This document shows positions 62,715-64,000 of a DNA stretch of 64,000 nt, one piece after another (the first letter of the stretch is position 1; every line of letters begins with the position of its first letter). A program made the translations under genes and the position numbers. Source of the DNA: a virus; the IMG/VR virus record IMGVR_UViG_3300035701_000001; one strand, 5' to 3'. Below the pieces are notes generated by a model. That model did not search any database. It was given only the letters and a program-made list of their open reading frames with translations, and was not told the origin of the DNA.

Positions 62715-63318
62715 CCACCAAAGAGAAGGATCTCGACTCCATTCGGACCCCCGTGACCGAAGCCCAGCACTCCGACATCTGCGACAACGTCCGCCTGCGG
62801 ACGATCTTCGACTTGCTCGACCGCATCACCGGATTTCCCGATGAAGTCGGACATGTACGAGACGAAGTGGCTCACCTCCTCACCGCCTCGTGGAAGAAAG
62901 TGGATGGGCACCTGTACGGGACGGAGGGGTACGGGGACTTGGTTTCGAGGACGTCGAGGCCTACCGCCGGGCCTATGAGGAACGTGACAAGGAGTTTCCG
63001 GAGGACCGCGATTGCATCTCCTGGGAGAAAAACCCGGTCATGACCTGTTTCGTGCTCTCTGATCCAGTCGTCGTCCTCTCGTGGAAAAAGCCGAATGGAC
63101 AGTACGTGTCCAGTTCCTTTGTCCTGGACAACGTGGAGTTCGAGAAGAAAGACGGCAAGCGGATGTACTCGGAGACACTGCTGCCGAAGTCCGAACCAAG
63201 AATGCTCATCTCCTGGGAACAACTGGGCCTATGGGTCAAGAGGAAAGATCCAGAGGCTCCAGAAGAATCGGACCCGGAAGAATCGACCCCAGAAGAATCG
63301 GATCCGGAACCCAAGTAA
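62711..63318 (+). pseudogene. gene with apparent -1 frameshift in G4 run (62933-62936)
   Basis: One extra G joins ...HLYGTEGY-G-G-LGFEDVEAYRRAYEE...; GTG at 62890 lacks an RBS; 15-bp EESDP repeats at the 3' end. Confidence 0.55.
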
Positions 63319-63322
63319 TCGT

Positions 63323-63351
63323 TTGACACAGCGTGTGTCACGCGGTAGCTT
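63323..63351 (+). promoter_or_regulatory. promoter/operator copy P9
   Basis: TTGACA-17bp-TAGCTT; TGACAC-AGCGT-GTGTCA. Confidence 0.88.
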
Positions 63352-63378
63352 ACTCCAGGACTTGGACCTGGAGGCTCG

Positions 63379-63678
63379 ATGACCCACGAGACGATCAAGA
63401 CCCTGCGGGAATTCCTGGGACTTTCCCAGGATCAGTTCGCCCGGCTTCTCGGGGTGCACCCGATGACCGTGAGTAAGTGGGAGCGCAACGTGGCCTTCCC
63501 ACCCGACTACAACATCCAGCAGATGGAAGCGCTTCGCGAGGCCTGTTCTGACCTCCGGACACGGGAGATGGACGCATTCCATACCCTCGTCCAGCGGGGA
63601 TTGTATGTCCAGGCGCTTGGAATCCTCGTCACGAAGGGAATCCAGAACACGTTGCACGGAAAAGGGAAAACTCGATGA
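63379..63678 (+). CDS. XRE-family HTH regulator
   Basis: IKTLREFLGLSQDQFARLLGVHPMTVSKWER; GGAGG RBS; first gene after P9. Confidence 0.9.
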   Translation: MTHETIKTLREFLGLSQDQFARLLGVHPMTVSKWERNVAFPPDYNIQQMEALREACSDLRTREMDAFHTLVQRGLYVQALGILVTKGIQNTLHGKGKTR

Positions 63679-63962
63679 GCACCCGTGATTCCCTCCGCAA
63701 CTACGGTCTTCCCAACGTCACCCCCATCGGGAAACCGACCTGGAAGAAGGCAGTTCCTCTGGGAGGTCACGACCCCCTCTGTCCGAACTGCGGGGCCTGG
63801 CTCTGCGAGATCGAAGTCCTCGTGAAGACCCCCCTCGTGAGAGGAGGGGAAGGGCTCTGCCGCTACCTCGGATGCCCGGCTTGCCCATTTGCTTCTCCAT
63901 CGGTCACGACCTCGATGCCTACGGTGTCCATGAAACCAGAAGTAGAGCAAAAACCGAGATGA
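63675..63962 (+). CDS. Zn-binding phage hypothetical protein
   Basis: CPNCG...GCPACPFASP. Confidence 0.7.
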   Translation: MSTRDSLRNYGLPNVTPIGKPTWKKAVPLGGHDPLCPNCGAWLCEIEVLVKTPLVRGGEGLCRYLGCPACPFASPSVTTSMPTVSMKPEVEQKPR

Positions 63963-64000
63963 CCTCCAAGAAAACGATTTTCAAGAAACTATCGGATATC

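Overview
This window looks like 64 kb of the early/accessory region of a large, GC-rich (roughly 60% by eye) dsDNA bacteriophage. It holds about 140 short genes, essentially all on the + strand and mostly translationally coupled (ATGA/GTGA/TGATG overlaps). No capsid, tail, terminase, polymerase, integrase, tRNA or CRISPR was seen. Recognisable genes: a Tad1-family anti-defence sponge, an HNH-RNA ligase fusion, a Dam-like N6-adenine MTase, two MazG-like proteins, an HD protein, a radical SAM enzyme, a pentapeptide-repeat protein and four XRE HTH proteins. Most notable: (1) a promoter-driven tandem array of 12 paralogous genes of an unrecognised family (25.9-32.4 kb), with conserved ends, hypervariable Cys/His-rich inserts and a repeated junction whose Lys-Glu codons are the next gene's Shine-Dalgarno; the HNH-RNA ligase gene sits inside it and carries the same junction; (2) nine copies of a sigma70 promoter with a built-in TGACAC-N5-GTGTCA palindrome, defining a candidate regulon; (3) four clusters of nonamer-based REP-like inverted repeats that pair better on the minus strand; (4) eleven proteins with swappable N-termini and a shared DUF551-like C-terminal domain. 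All family assignments come from motif recognition by eye; no database search was run.
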